Both the position numbers and the translations under genes were made by a program. The notes beneath the pieces were generated by a model. That model worked only from the letters and a program-made list of their open reading frames with translations, was not told the origin of the DNA and did no database searches. This document shows positions 50,401 to 63,535 of a stretch of DNA of 64,000 nt, in pieces. This DNA comes from Callorhinchus milii (taxonomy: Eukaryota), in the NCBI RefSeq assembly GCF_018977255.1, contig NW_024704742.1:131442001-131506000 (forward strand), in the 5' to 3' direction. The first letter of the stretch is position 1. Each line of letters starts with the position of its first letter.

Positions 50401-50670
50401 TTCCTCCTCTTTCCCTCTCCCTTTATCCTTCTCTATCCATCCTTCCTCTCTTTCCCCCTTTTTTTGTCGCTTGCACCCTAACGTTTCTCTTTATATATAT
50501 ATATACACACATGTGTGTGTGTGTGTGTAAGAAGAGAAATCACACACACACACACAAATAGAGAGACAAAGGAAGAGAAAGAAAGAGAAAAAGAGAGAGA
50601 GAGAGAGAGAAAGAAACAGCTGTGAGACAAACTGCGGTCGTCCCTCTCTCTCTCTCTCTCTCTCTCTGTG
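49800..50670. repeat. Compound CT/CA/GA microsatellite block (probable 5' UTR/proximal promoter)
   Basis: Direct reading. Confidence 0.85.
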
Positions 50671-50930
50671 TCTCTCTATAAGGCTTTGTTCCTGAGATCG
50701 CTCCTAATATGTGTTACCCACAGCGATGAAGATCGCTGTATAACGCGGTTTCAAAGTGCTGGTCACACGGACCCCGGCGTCTGTCTGCTCGTGTGTCTGT
50801 GTCTGTGTGTGTGTCTGTGTTATTGTCTCTGGTCACTTATTTCACGTCTAAGTCGCCTTCTCCCTCCATCTGAGCAGCGCCCGGATCGGATCTGTCGCGT
50901 GTTTAATTCTTAGAAAGCGATGGATCGAGG
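50620..50930 (-). promoter_or_regulatory. Candidate CELF promoter/TSS region
   Basis: Unique CpG-containing block between microsatellite tracts about 1 kb upstream of the ATG, with an RFX-like GTTACCCACAGCGAT at 50713-50727. TSS not determinable from sequence. Confidence 0.35.
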
Positions 50931-51319
50931 AACAAAGAGAGAGAGAGGGAGAGAGAGTGAGTGAGAGAGTGAGTGAGTGAACGAGTGTGAGAGGGATGTC
51001 TCCGGGCGTTTAACAAGCCATCCCAGACCTTTATTTTGTGTGTTATTGTGGTTAAAATGTCGATAAATGTGAGGATTTAAAGGCTGGTGTTTGCAAGTTG
51101 TAACAGCTTTTTTGTGTCGTGGTTTTTTTTTGGGGGGTGTGGGGGGTGTGGGGGTGGATTGCGTCGTTTATAGTCTTTGCAACTCAACATTATTGTTTGA
51201 GGAGCATTAAGGTTGGGGCTGATGTCGAGTTTCAGACTCCACATTGCCTCGAACGTTCTGGGGGGGACGTCAGTCTCACGTCTGTTACAATTAAAGATGT
51301 ATATTTACTTGGTTTTAAA

Positions 51320-51560
51320 ATGTGTGTGTAATGTTGTGTGTGTGTTGTGTTGTGTGTGGTATGTGTGTGTTGTGTGTGTGTGTTGTGTGTGTGTTGTGTG
51401 TGTTGTGTTGTGTGTTGTGTATGTGTGTGTTGTGTTGTGTGTGTATGTTGTTTGTGTTGTGTATGTGTGTGTGTTGTGTGTGTGTTGTGTTGTGTGTGTA
51501 TGTCGTGTGTGTTGCGTTGTGTATGTGTGTGTTGTGTGTGTGTGTGTGTGTGTTGTGTGT
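51320..51560. repeat. (TG)n/(TTGTG) compound microsatellite
   Basis: Direct reading. Confidence 0.9.
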
Positions 51561-52561
51561 AAGGGGAGGTAGAGAAAGATAGAGAGACAGAGAGAGGAGG
51601 GAAGAGGTTGTTTAGGGTAGAGGTTGATCTCTGGAGAGTTTGCATCAATTTCACGGTTTTTTTCCATTGGAAATGGACTTTGGTTAAAGGTCCGGACTTT
51701 CTTTGGACCCAACTGGATTCTCTCCCTCTGTCTCTCTCTCTCTAAGAGGTTATGTGTGTGTGTGTGTTTGAGGGGCGGGGGTGTAGTTTAAAAGATCACC
51801 CGTTCAGCACAGTCCAGTCCACATTTGTCCTCTAAAAGGCAAGCTATCGAAACCTCTGCGCATGGATTCGCAAATTGCGAATCTCCCCTTCTCCAAAATA
51901 TAGCACTGTTTCCCCGCGACTTGTTTTGTGTTTGTGTTCAACTAAAGATCAGGACTTGTGATAATATGAGATATTTTTTTTTGGGGGGGGGAAGAGATAA
52001 GATATGACCCCCCCCCCCCCCCCACCCCCCTTACAACACACACGGACACGAACCTTTATAGGAAATGCAAAAAAAAAAAGCGTTGTAATGAGGCGCCATA
52101 AACCTTGATCTGATCTGAAGATTATTATTTCATCTTCAAGGTACATTTGAGCCTCAGACCAAAATATTCACAAGGAAATGAATAACCCCTTCGCTTATTT
52201 CAAACACTCTCTTCCTCACTGTCCTGTCTGTCTGTCTGTCTGTCTGTCCAGATCTTTACAGGAGTACAGCACCATATTTCTGGCTCTGTGTCGAGGTATT
52301 CAGGGTTTGTCAGGTTGCCATTGCCATCATTTCTGCTCCCAATGGACTCCGGTTCATCGTCAAGCGAATCCAGTCTTTGCAAATTGTGTAACTAACTCAT
52401 TCCATTTCGGCTTCACCCAAAATCGCAGGGGCTCTCCAGAGGATAACATCGCCGATAAAATAGCGACACACGGGATGAGGGGTGGGGGGGGGGGGGGGGG
52501 GGGGAGAGAGAAAGGAAAGCTGCAATTTAAAGTGTCTGATTAAAGTGCAACTCCAAAGCGG

Positions 52562-53040
52562 CGCGTGTGTGTGTGTGTGTGAGTGTGAATGTGTGTATTA
52601 GTAAGTGTGTGAGCGTGTGTATGAGTGAGTGTGTGTGTGAGACTGTGTGTGTATATATGTGAGTGTATCAGTGAGCGTGTATGACTGTGTGTGAGTGTGT
52701 GTGTGTATTTGAGTGTGTGTGTTTGTATTTGAGTGTGTGTATATATTTGAGTTTGTGTATGTATATTTGAGTGTGTGTGATTGTGTGTGTGTGTGTATTT
52801 GAGTGTGTGTGTGTGTATTTGAGTGTGTGTGTGTGTGATTGTGTGTGTGTTTGTGTATTTGAGTGTGTGTGTGTGTATTTGAGTGTGTGTGTGTGTATTT
52901 GAGTGAGTGTGATTGTGTGTGTGTGTTTGTGTATTTGAGTGTGTGTGTGTGTATTTGAGTGTGTGTGTGTGTATTTGAGTGTGTGTGTGTGTATTTGAGT
53001 GAGTGTGTGTGGGTGTATTTGATGAGTGAGTGTGTGTGTA
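52562..53040. repeat. Minisatellite built from GTATTTGA(GT)n units of ~20 nt
   Basis: Repeated TATTTGAG anchors separated by GT runs. Confidence 0.9.
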
Positions 53041-53843
53041 AGTATACGGGTTGGGTAAATCCGATCTCTTTTCCAAGTTGTGTTCCCCCCCCCCCCATTA
53101 CTTCCCAATAACAAACGGATAAAGGGAGGGAGAGAGAGAGAGAGAGAGAGAGAAAATTAGGTATTATTTATAATATTACCACAAAACGGGGGCAGCGCAT
53201 CCCATCCCATCCCATCCCATCCCACTCCCTGGTCCTTTAGTTTGCAATGAGAGGAAGCAGTCAATGTGCAAGTGGGTTGTGTGTGGTGTTGGCAATAATA
53301 AGGGAATGGGTATCTCTCCGAGGTCCTGAATACTCTCCACTCGACTGAATGTCTCGATCCAAACACTTGTCATTTCACACCCACTGTTGCTAAGAAACAC
53401 TGTCAACCCCTTTTTTTTTCTCTCTGTGTGTGTGTGTGTGTGTGTGTTTGTGTCTCTGTGTGTGTGTGACACAAATTATTAACCATCACGAGCTCTATTC
53501 ATCTGCGTTTATTGATCTCAGTTCTGTTTAAGGTGGCTGGTAGTTTTGGGTTGGGTTGGGTTGGGCTGGGGGGGGGGGGGGGGAAGGGGAAGGGGAGTAA
53601 AAGAGAAGGAGAGAGAGAGAGAGAGAGAGGGTGGAGGGGGTGGGGTGGGTTGGGTTGGTGGGGCGGGAGGGGGAAAAAGAAGAGAGGGGGAAAGGAGAAA
53701 GAATGAAAGAAAAAAAAAGACACACTCGATGCGCTACAAAACACTGACAGCTCAGAGAGAGAGAGAGAGAACTGACATCTTTCTCCTTTTGGTAGACTTT
53801 TATTTCCAAGCTCCGACTTTCTTCAAGAAAGACTCCCTCAACA

Positions 53844-53874
<31 letters not shown>

Positions 53875-55934
53875 AACAAATAACAACAGAAAAGGAAATG
53901 AATGGGGAATTGCAGATGGAAGCAACACAGTCATTTATTTTGTTTCATTGCAACTCCCTCCTCCACACACAGACAGACATAAGCAATCACCATCCTTTTC
54001 GTCCCCCCCAAAAAAGGTGAATGCATATTTTACCTAAAATACGATGTTTCCAGTTTTCTCTCTCTCTCTCTCTTTCTCTTTCCCCCCATCCCCTTGAAAG
54101 GCGTGGATAGAAAATGAAGGGACGTCCCTCAGGCAGGTCTGAACGATAATATCATCCGATGTCTTTGCACATCGCTTTCCACATCTTAACACTTTGCAAT
54201 GTCAGTGTTCCCCGAGTGAGCTGGGGCTCAGGTTTTAGTTTACCAATTGAGTGTTTCCACAGCGAAAGGAAGGCTTTAAGATCCACCACTGACAGCAAAA
54301 TGCTATTTCATAAACAGCACATCCATGCATTTAGCAATTGGGGTGCAGTGGTTCATGTGTGTTTGGTTTTTTTTTAAGGGGAAAATAAAATATGTCCCCT
54401 CAAATACGTGCTTTCAGATGATCTGCAACTTAATGTCTTGGCTCTTGTATGATGGCATGACGTGAAGTGAAGGGGGTTTAAGTGGACCTGGGATTGTTGA
54501 GAGATTGAATAACAGCCGATTTTATTTGTGTGTGTGTGTGTGTGTGTGTTCCTCCTGTTAACTGTTTGCAAGTCGTTGATGAAATGAGATCATCTCTGAG
54601 AGCGTGTGCTTGAGACTGAAGTGAGTTAAGTTGCAGCCTTACCCAAAGGTGTTATCTCGCAAGGCGTTGGGTGGATGAGAATGAGCATATCTTGACTCTC
54701 AAACCTTTTACTGCTCAGAAGAAAATCGGCGGGCAATTAGTTTGCAAAGCTGTAGTTTAATTAAAGAAATCTGACAATGTTATAAATGACAGTAAACACA
54801 CACACACACACACACACGGTGATTTAGAAACAGCAGGAAAAACAATTGCACCACATTTCTATTGCCAGTTATAGTTCTGGGGCTGGATATTGCCTTTTGC
54901 CCTGGTGCAAAGGCATGGTTCAAGGCAGAGTCTAATGAGGAGCAAAGTTATTTTGGACTGAAGACATACAGTACCACATGATACTGCGTAACAGAATAAA
55001 TAGCACAGCGTTTGGGAATGCTGGTAAATAACCAGCCTCTGTGCTAATCTGGTACAATGTTACGCAACGTCGGGCTCTTTGTGAAAGCGGATTTCAGATA
55101 TAGATGTGCAGGGATGTTCTTGCAGATTTGTGACTGGTTTGCCAGGAAGGAAAAGAGTTAGATCTTGTTAAAATGACCAGAAGGTTAGACATAAACTGTT
55201 TGCACGCGATAAGTATATGTCTGATGTGGATGTGTGTGGTTACCTGATTCTCAAAGTTACGTTTTGAATGCTACAAAGGTCCTCACGCTGTCAGGCAGCA
55301 GATCTGCCCATTGCCCTGTGCGTTTGCTGAATAAAATGAAAGATGCTCCCGGAATTTACTGCTGAATCTCCTGACCTTGAATCGGAAACTGTTTAAAATA
55401 AATACTGTGAATGGAGGTTGGACTGTGAATGAAAATGATTGAATGCATGAATGGATGGATGGAGAGATGAATGACAACTGTCTGTGAGACCTTTAGGTTT
55501 TATGAGAAAACTGAGTTCTGCTTTGAAAAAAAGGGCAAATTCCTTTCTTAATGCGTTACTCATTTAACTGTGAAAAATAAATGTATATTTTAAGAACCCA
55601 AATAGTTTTCTTATTAAATGCAAATCTTAATACAAATGCAACCATAGATGTTTGTCCACAATTCTAATCGAGTAAATATTATCCTTACATGTAGGATACT
55701 GGGGGCAAGTGATCATCTGCAGCTTAGTGTTAGGGAAACACTAACATTTAGGTGGGATGCATGGAATTCTCAGTTTGGTTTAGATACTCTTAAGCATGGT
55801 GATGAGTTTCCGCATGTATCAAGACACCCGGCTGACTAAGAAAAAAAAATGGTTTAGAAAAGCAGTGTTTGTGTTCAATTTGATCACAAATAATAATCAT
55901 AATATTATTTCAAGATTTCAAGAATAATATTATT

Positions 55935-56326
55935 TCGATTTCAAGATCCTCACCCTTGTATTCAAGTCTCTGCGCTCCTCTGCACACCCTCTACCTCTCT
56001 GACCTCTCTCCTCAAAACAGTACCCGTTGCCTTCGTTCCTCCGGGTCTGGCCTCCTCCTCATCCCCCGAGTCCTCCGCTCCACTCTCGGCAGTCGTGCCT
56101 TCAGCCACTATGCCCCGAGGCTCTGGAACTGCCTTCCTCACTCCCTTCGTCTCGTTCCCTCCCTTCCCATTTTCAGGTCTCTGCTGAAGACCTTTCTTTT
56201 CGACCGCGCCTTTGGTCACCTTCCTCCCCCTCCCCCTGGCTCGGTCCCGGGATCCGTGACTGTAAAGTGCTCTGAGACGCCGTCCGGTGTGGAGGGCGCT
56301 ATATAAATCCAAGTTGTTGTTGTTGT
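55935..56326 (+). mobile_element. L2-clade LINE 3' end (best-preserved copy)
   Basis: ORF 55956-56306: LRSSGSGLLLIPRVLRSTLGSRAFSHYAPRLWNCLPHSLRLVPSLPIFRSLLKTFLFDRAF, the typical L2 ORF2 C-terminus; hairpin 56266-56300; (TTG)n tail. Confidence 0.9.
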
Positions 56327-56715
56327 AATAACAATCTTTGCATTTGATATAGCACCTTATCACTTCGTTAAGATGTTTCAAAGCGCTTCACAGAATGTTA
56401 AGTTGATTTTAAATTTAACATTTAGAATGTTAAGAGCATTTTATGGGCGAAACGTGGCAGCCAATTGCGCACACCAGTGTCCCACAGACAGCTGTGGATT
56501 GAGTGATCAAATTATAATTATTATTTTTTTTAAAGTGATTATTACACTTGGAAAGCAATCCGCCAATCGACTAACAACTGGGTTCTTACTCACTGTGAGG
56601 TAAACAGAGACATGTGGAGTAAGGGAACTTGCCTGAGGTTTTGCCCCACCCGGGAATCAAACACGGGTCTTTTTTGCTTGCGAGGCAAGCACGCTATCTA
56701 ATCACTATGCTACGG
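56327..56715 (-). mobile_element. SINE family A, long form, tail-to-tail with the L2
   Basis: Match to 536-897. Confidence 0.85.
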
Positions 56716-57799
56716 TATTAGTTGCATTCAGTCAGTGACGTACATACATTTGAGATATCTGTGTCAATTTGAATAGGCATGAGTATTTCATTTCAACTTT
56801 GGCAAAGCAGACAAATTCATTTGCAAAAAAAAAACTGCCCATTGTAGCACACAAAAAGCAACAGGACACAACAAATATTCATAAGCCAGGTTGTTGTTTT
56901 GTTCTCTGATGGAAAAACATTTCTTTACAAAAGATACAAATGTCAAAATATTTATGTTTCTACAATTTATAGCTGCATTTTATTTTGAATTTTTAAACTT
57001 TTTGAGTCATTACATTACACAAGTTTTGTGTTATTGAATGCTGGAATACAATCCAACAACAGACTTTTTCCCCTCTCTCTCTCCCTATTAATTTGGCACT
57101 GTTTCCACATAACTTCACCACAATGAGGAATATTTCATAACCTTAAGATATTTCAAAACAGTTAATAATTGGAATCAACATCTCGAGGAAGGTTAGACAG
57201 GTCATCTATCATTCATTCTGTCAAAAAAATAAAAAAAACAAGGACACTGTATGAAGATTTCTTTTCAAACAAATAACTTGGGATGACAAATTCTTTTAGT
57301 GACAAAGCAAGGCATGATAAATTAGATTTTGTCACCAAATAAGTTATTGTAATGCAATATTGCATTTACCCATCTCACAGCGGTCCAGAATAATAGTGAG
57401 TCATTTTGATATTCTCATTATTTTCCCTTGTCCTTTGGTTCCCATCACTTGGTACCTTCCCCAACCAAAAGGGCATGTAGGTAACTTGCTTCCAAGTTTC
57501 TGTCTTGCACCACTTTTAAGTTAATTGCTGGGAGGTATGCATGATTGGTTCAGGTAGTGGGAAAACATCCCTGTTTATGTCTCTCCCAGGTGGTCCAGTT
57601 AAGTCGGGAATTCATTGAGCGATGAATTCTGTGTTGAAACTGATGCCCTATCGCTTGCAGGGTATCACACTGTCACATCAACATGCTATGCTCTGCCACT
57701 CAATTGCCCTAAACATTCTCTGCTTTTCTTTCTGAAAATAGTACTTTGTAGAATGTTATAATTATTGCTCAGGGCTCTCTCTCACAATCTATGCTTTGC

Positions 57800-58150
57800 A
57801 TGAGGTGTGAAACCGAAATCTTGTCTGCCTTTTCCCATGGATATTAAAGATCCTATGGCACTATTGGTAAAAGAGAAAATATTTTCTCCCGGTGTCCTGG
57901 CCAACAATCCCCCAGATAAATTGATCATTCACTTCATGGCTGTTTGTGAGATACTGCTGTCCACTAAATTGTCTGCTGAGTTTTCTGACAAAAACACAAT
58001 CACTATTGTTTGTGAGATATTGCTATACCCTAAATTGTCTGCTGTGTTTTCTTACAAGAACACAATCACTACATTTGACATCAATACCTTGTGAAGCTGA
58101 TTGAGACATTTCAATGTCATACATGTAATATCCAATAAAGGATAATTATT
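57800..58150 (+). mobile_element. SINE family B fragment with ~65-nt internal tandem duplication
   Basis: ATTAAAGATCCTATGGCAC...GTCCTGGCCAAC; duplicated TGTTTGTGAGATA...CACAATCACTA. Confidence 0.75.
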
Positions 58151-58217
58151 AACCAACATGTGGTTTCACAACATGTACAACATGTACAATAGCTTTGCTG
58201 AAAATATAGCTCTTAAG

Positions 58218-58555
58218 TGGAGTCCTGTTCCGTATTGGTTAGAGCACTTGCCTCGGAAGTGAGAGGACCTGGGTTCGATTCCACACGCCTCTGTTTAACT
58301 AGCAGTAAGTAGCAACCTGGTTGTTAGTCATTTGGTGGATCGCTTTTCCTGGGTAATAATCCCCTAAAAAATTTTTTAATAATAATTTGGTTGCTCAATC
58401 TACGAATGTTTGTGGGACACTACTGTGCACAATTGGCTGCCGCGTTTCGCCCACAAGATGTACAGTCAATTCACTTCATAGAATATTTTGTGAAGCTCTT
58501 TGAGACCTGATAAGGCGCTACATTAAATACAAGGATTATTATTATTATTATTATT
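58218..58555 (+). mobile_element. SINE family A, long form (part of CORE-like block deleted)
   Basis: tRNA head, body and ATT tail. Confidence 0.85.
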
Positions 58556-60131
58556 TAAAAGAAATTCCCGAACTTATAAAAACACTGTGATTTTGAAGAG
58601 CTGGAATAGTTTAATTGAAGACTATCTCGCAAATGAAAAGTTGTGAGGACTTTGCTCACTCTGCACAATCTTTTAAAATTTCCATCACGCTGTGTGTGAC
58701 CATGCATACAACACCTGAATCAACACACAGGTGCTCCATTAAAACTTTGTCACAGAATACTTATTGCTTTGACAGAAAATTGCAACTTATGCCGTGTTCA
58801 GTTATCAGATGGATTTACCGCCTGACTTCATTCTTAATTACCCAAACAACCGACATGAGGAGAATTAACCCCAAAGTCTTCTTAGATTTTCATACGCCAT
58901 CTCAAAACCGAGATCTGAAACACTGGCCTGTCTGAAACCATTCCGCAGTTTCACACAGAGATTTCCTTGTTATGTGATAGCTGCCAACTCAAAAAGAACC
59001 ATGTATTTGTGTTGTAATTTCTTTGAAGTTTGGTCCTTTTGCATCTTACATAGGAACATAAGAATCTGCTAGCCGAAAGAAGATCAAGGTCCAACTTGTT
59101 CACCTTCTACCATCCGGGCAGTCACACACACAGCTCAGGTGCTCATCCCGACATGAAAGGCTCTATATAAATGTAAATTTGTGTTGTATTCTAAGGTGTT
59201 ATGGGTCTGGGAAGTGTGAAGCATTATTGAGTCGTGCCTAAGTGCTTTACAAAATCAGCTTTGAGTTTCCAGCTGGTATAATGGTTTGAGGTATCACTAC
59301 CATGCAGAAAGTCCTGAAGGGGAGACAAACACTAGTGCAGAATTGCTGGGCTGAAAGGACTGTTTCAGAACAGTAAAAAATGTAACAATAGTAAAAGCTG
59401 AGACTTTAGCGGTGGCTGGAAATAGGTACATTGGCAATACTATATTAAGGCTCTTTATAATTTGGACAGCTTTAGTAATGAAGTGACCTCTAGCCATCTT
59501 TCTTTCATATAAATTGTGTAAGGCTGGTGGACAACTGACATACGGGCTTCACATTGCTGATGAATGTTGCAGCTGCTTTATTTCACGTTCAACATTGTGA
59601 TTCATGCATATGTGGTCAGGTGAGAGAGAGAAAAAAATACCTTAAGTTTCTGCAAGTCTTTTCAACTCCAAAAAACATTCCATTCAATGGACTGCCATGT
59701 GGCCTTTAGGAAATAGGAACGAAATTGACTTCATTCAGAGAGCACACAGCTGGTGGAGTTTCTCATCGCTCATTTAGATCAAGTTGTTAATAAAATAAAA
59801 TTGAGATTTTCCCTTGATTTATTACCCTGCGCGAATATTCCAGCTTTAGACTCGACCATTGGAATTCTACTCAGTTACATTCTTTCCCAGTTTATTCAAT
59901 GTCTGGTCCTCACAGCCAATATATTTGTTCGTGTTCCACAGAGTATCGTGCGTGTCTATATTGTAGCTTCGCAGTCACAAACAGCGATTCATGAGATAAT
60001 CTGCAAGAAAAATGTTGGAGCACTATATACACAATGTTGCTACATAGAATTAAATAGACTATACAGTACTGAAACAGGCCTTTTGGTACTCTGTGCCAAT
60101 GTTTACATTCCACATGAACTTCCACTTCTTT

Positions 60132-60420
60132 GAATAATAATAGTAATAATCCTGGCATTTGGTATAGTGCCTTATCACACTTCAAAACATTTCACAGGAT
60201 TTACTGTGAAATGAAGAGACTGTACTTGTAGACAAACACAGCAGCACAATTGCAAACAGCAAAGTCCCCACAATCAGCCATGAAACGAGTGACCAATTTT
60301 ATTTGGAGAATTGTTGGCCAGGACAGTGTACGAAACTCCCTTCTCTGTTTGATAGTGCCATGGGACCTTTAATGTCCACCTGAAAAAGCAGACGGGAACC
60401 TTGTTTAACGTCTCATCTAA
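60132..60420 (-). mobile_element. SINE family B fragment
   Basis: Tail and Deu-like core. Confidence 0.75.
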
Positions 60421-60479
60421 TCCCCTCTCTCCATACCTCTCTAGTCCCTTTGTCCTTTCATGCATGCATCGAGGTTCCT

Positions 60480-60600
60480 TTTATATATATTGAAGCTTTC
60501 AACCACAACTTTCAGTGGTGAGTTCCATATTCTTATTATTCTCTGTGTAAAGAAGTTCCTCCTGAGTTCTCTGTTAGATCTGCCGCGAGTTATCTGATAT
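60480..60600 (-). mobile_element. CR1-clade LINE fragment
   Basis: Reverse strand reads RRNFFTQRIIRIWNS...KVVVE, the CR1 C-terminal motif. Confidence 0.6.
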
Positions 60601-61706
60601 CTATGCCTCCCTTGTTAGTGGCACAGCTGGTTTGAAAGCACCCAATTGCACGGAGGGTGGATCATGGCTGGCATTCAGTCCACGTCCGGACACGTTTGAT
60701 GTAATAAAATACATAATGAATAATAAATCAATATTGAACGCAACTCTAAATTGACCTCAGTGAAAAGAATAAATGTTTAGTGCTGTGGAAGTTTGATGTG
60801 GACAGGACCCAAATCAGCTATGAAAGCCAAATGCTTTTGAATGATCAGCTCAGTCTCTAGGCTTATATATGAAGACCGACCACTTCCGTACAACAATAAG
60901 ATAGTAATGATAATAATAATAATAATCCTTGCATTTGGTATAACTCCTCTTCACATCATTGAAATGTCTTAAAGGGCTTCACAGAATATAATGTAAAGTA
61001 AATTGACCGTACACTTCTGCTGATAGGTGTTCAACAATTTCATAACACAGGACTTTCAGGACAGGAGGTGAGAGGAGGGAGAAAACTGAAAATATAAAAT
61101 AAAACTTTCTGAGACCTGAAATTTCTCATCATCGTAGCCTCAAGACCATTGCTTTAGAATTTAACATCATGCAGATCATGCAATTCTCGTAAGGTCAGTC
61201 AAACTTTAGAAGCTGGTTCTCCTTCTCCCAGTTTCTGAAAAGAACCATGTTTCAATTTTAACATAAAAATAATAAGCCTTGTATTTGATATAGTGCCTTT
61301 CATGTCAGGAGAATATCTCAAAGAGCTCCATAGAGTTTACTTTGAAGATTAGTGACTGTATATTTGTAGACAAAGAGAGGAGGCTATTTGCAAATACAAC
61401 AACTTGTGAAGTGAATGGCCGATTTTAGCTGTGGGTTTCTTAGACAGGATACAGGGCGAAGTTCGTGAGCAATTTTGAGTCTTTGACTACTGGCCAGGGA
61501 AGCATGTGTGGAAGTGCATACATGCTGCCCATTGGAAGTATATGAATTTGGATTTAACTGTGACGTACTCTTACCAATCTGAGTAACTCACCAACAATGA
61601 CGGTCTTGTGCTAACATATGAAGAAGTGCTATTTGAACAATGTAGCAGAGGGTTATTAGTGCCTTCGGAAAGAGAATTGTAAATGTTATGTTTTGATCCT
61701 ATTAGC

Positions 61707-61720
61707 TGTCAGCCTGGCTA

Positions 61721-61754
<34 letters not shown>

Positions 61755-62150
61755 GGTGGGTTCAAACCCCACGTCAGAACTTTGAACTCACATTGTAGGT
61801 TGACATTCCAATACAATGCCAGCGGTGGTGGGGTGGTGGTTGGGGGGTGGAGGAGAGCAGTGAGCTGTACTATCAGAGGTGCCTTCCTTTGGATAAACCA
61901 AGCTTATATCCATCTATTCAGATCCCATGTCTATTTGAAAAGAGAAGGAAGTTTCTTCCGGTGTCCTGACCAACTATCCCCCGGATAAAAATTGGTCATT
62001 CACAAACATGGCTGTCTGCAAGACATTGCTGTGCACAAATCGTCTGCCACATTTGCCTGCAAGATACACGGTCACTACACTTTACAGTAAATCATGCAAT
62101 GCTCTTTGAGACGTCCTCCCGGTGCAAAGTAGTAAATACAAGGATTGTTA
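61707..62150 (+). mobile_element. SINE family B, near full length
   Basis: Head, partial Deu-like core and tail. Confidence 0.8.
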
Positions 62151-62439
62151 TCATTTATGAAATGAAGAAACGTTACTATTCTTTTTAGATCAAAAAAAAT
62201 CCATACTGATGACAGATTTACTTTATTTGTTTGAAATGACAGTCGGAAAAGAAAATCTTCATTTAAGTGACATAAATTTGTAGGAAGGATAATCTATACC
62301 GAAACGGAGATTGTAAAACGCTAACTAGGTGAAATCATTGCTTATCATGGGTTCTAAGTATCTTGTATCTTGTGGCATTTTCCTTTCAACTACAAAGTCC
62401 GACACAGTAAATACTGTATTATTTACGAAACTGCTGAAC

Positions 62440-62825
62440 TCTGTACCCCCATCGCACCAGTTCTAGTTCGGCTCAACTGGCTCCCTATCGCTGAATGGAT
62501 TGATTTCTAGATCCTCACACTTGTTTTCAAATCCCTTCATGTCCTGGTGCCTCCATACCTCTCCAACATGCTTACCCCCCCAACCCACAACCCGCTGCCC
62601 CCGCTTGACTGGCTACGACTTTCTGCATGTCCCTCATGCCCTCCGCCCTGAAACTCTGGAAAACTCTTCCTCTATCCCTCTGCTTTGTCCCTTCCTTCCC
62701 CATCTTTAGGTCGCGCCTGAAAACTTTCCTATTCGGCTGTGCCTACGGTCACCTCCCCTCCCCCTGGCTCGGTGTTGTGCTCTACCCTGCATGAGGGGCG
62801 CTATATAAATGCAAGTTGTTGTTGT
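62440..62825 (+). mobile_element. L2-clade LINE 3' end, degenerate
   Basis: L2 C-terminal-like sequence and GCGCTATATAAATGCAAG(TTG)n tail. Confidence 0.75.
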
Positions 62826-63194
62826 AAATCCTTTGAAACACTTTGAGACATTTCGACAACACGATAAAATGCTATATTAAATATAAGGATTCTAACTTTA
62901 TGGTTGTTTGAAACTATTTGGCAAAAGTTACTGATATTAAATCTCGAGTAAATTTAGACCCAAGAGGGCTTTCTCGAGCGTGGTTGTTATTTAATTATAA
63001 AAGTGAAATAGAATTTTGAAGCTACAATTTTTGAACGTGTAAAGAAAAATTTGGAAACATTGAGGTGAAAATACAATGTTGAATGTGATAATTATCATTC
63101 ACAATATGATCGCATGGTCAGAAATTCTATGAAGTCTCAGTCAATATCTGGTGGATAGACCCAGATTTCGTCAAAAAACTTAAATCGCATAATC

Positions 63195-63535
63195 CAGGCC
63201 AGCACTCCAATGCAGTGCTGGTGGGAGTGAGGGATTGTCAGAGGTCGACCTTCATATGAAACATTAAACCCAGGCTCCGGTCTGCCTTCTCAAATGCACG
63301 TTAAAGATCCCATGGCATTTTTCGAAAAGAGAAGGGAGTTTCTCCCTGTATCCTGGCCAACATTCCCTGCAAAAATAAAATAAAATCTGCAAAAATATAT
63401 TTTTCTGTGTGCAAACTGGCTTCTGTGTTTGTCTACAAAATACATAGTCACTACACTTTAAAGAAACTTTGTGAAGCACTTTGATACTACATTCTTGATG
63501 GTCTAGGTGCTACATCAAATGTAAGGATTATTATT
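63195..63535 (+). mobile_element. SINE family B fragment
   Basis: TTAAAGATCCCATGGCA Deu-like core and tail. Confidence 0.75.

Noticed and set aside
49950..54037. His/Thr- and Cys/Val-rich ORFs
   Set aside because: Translations of CA/GT/CT microsatellites.
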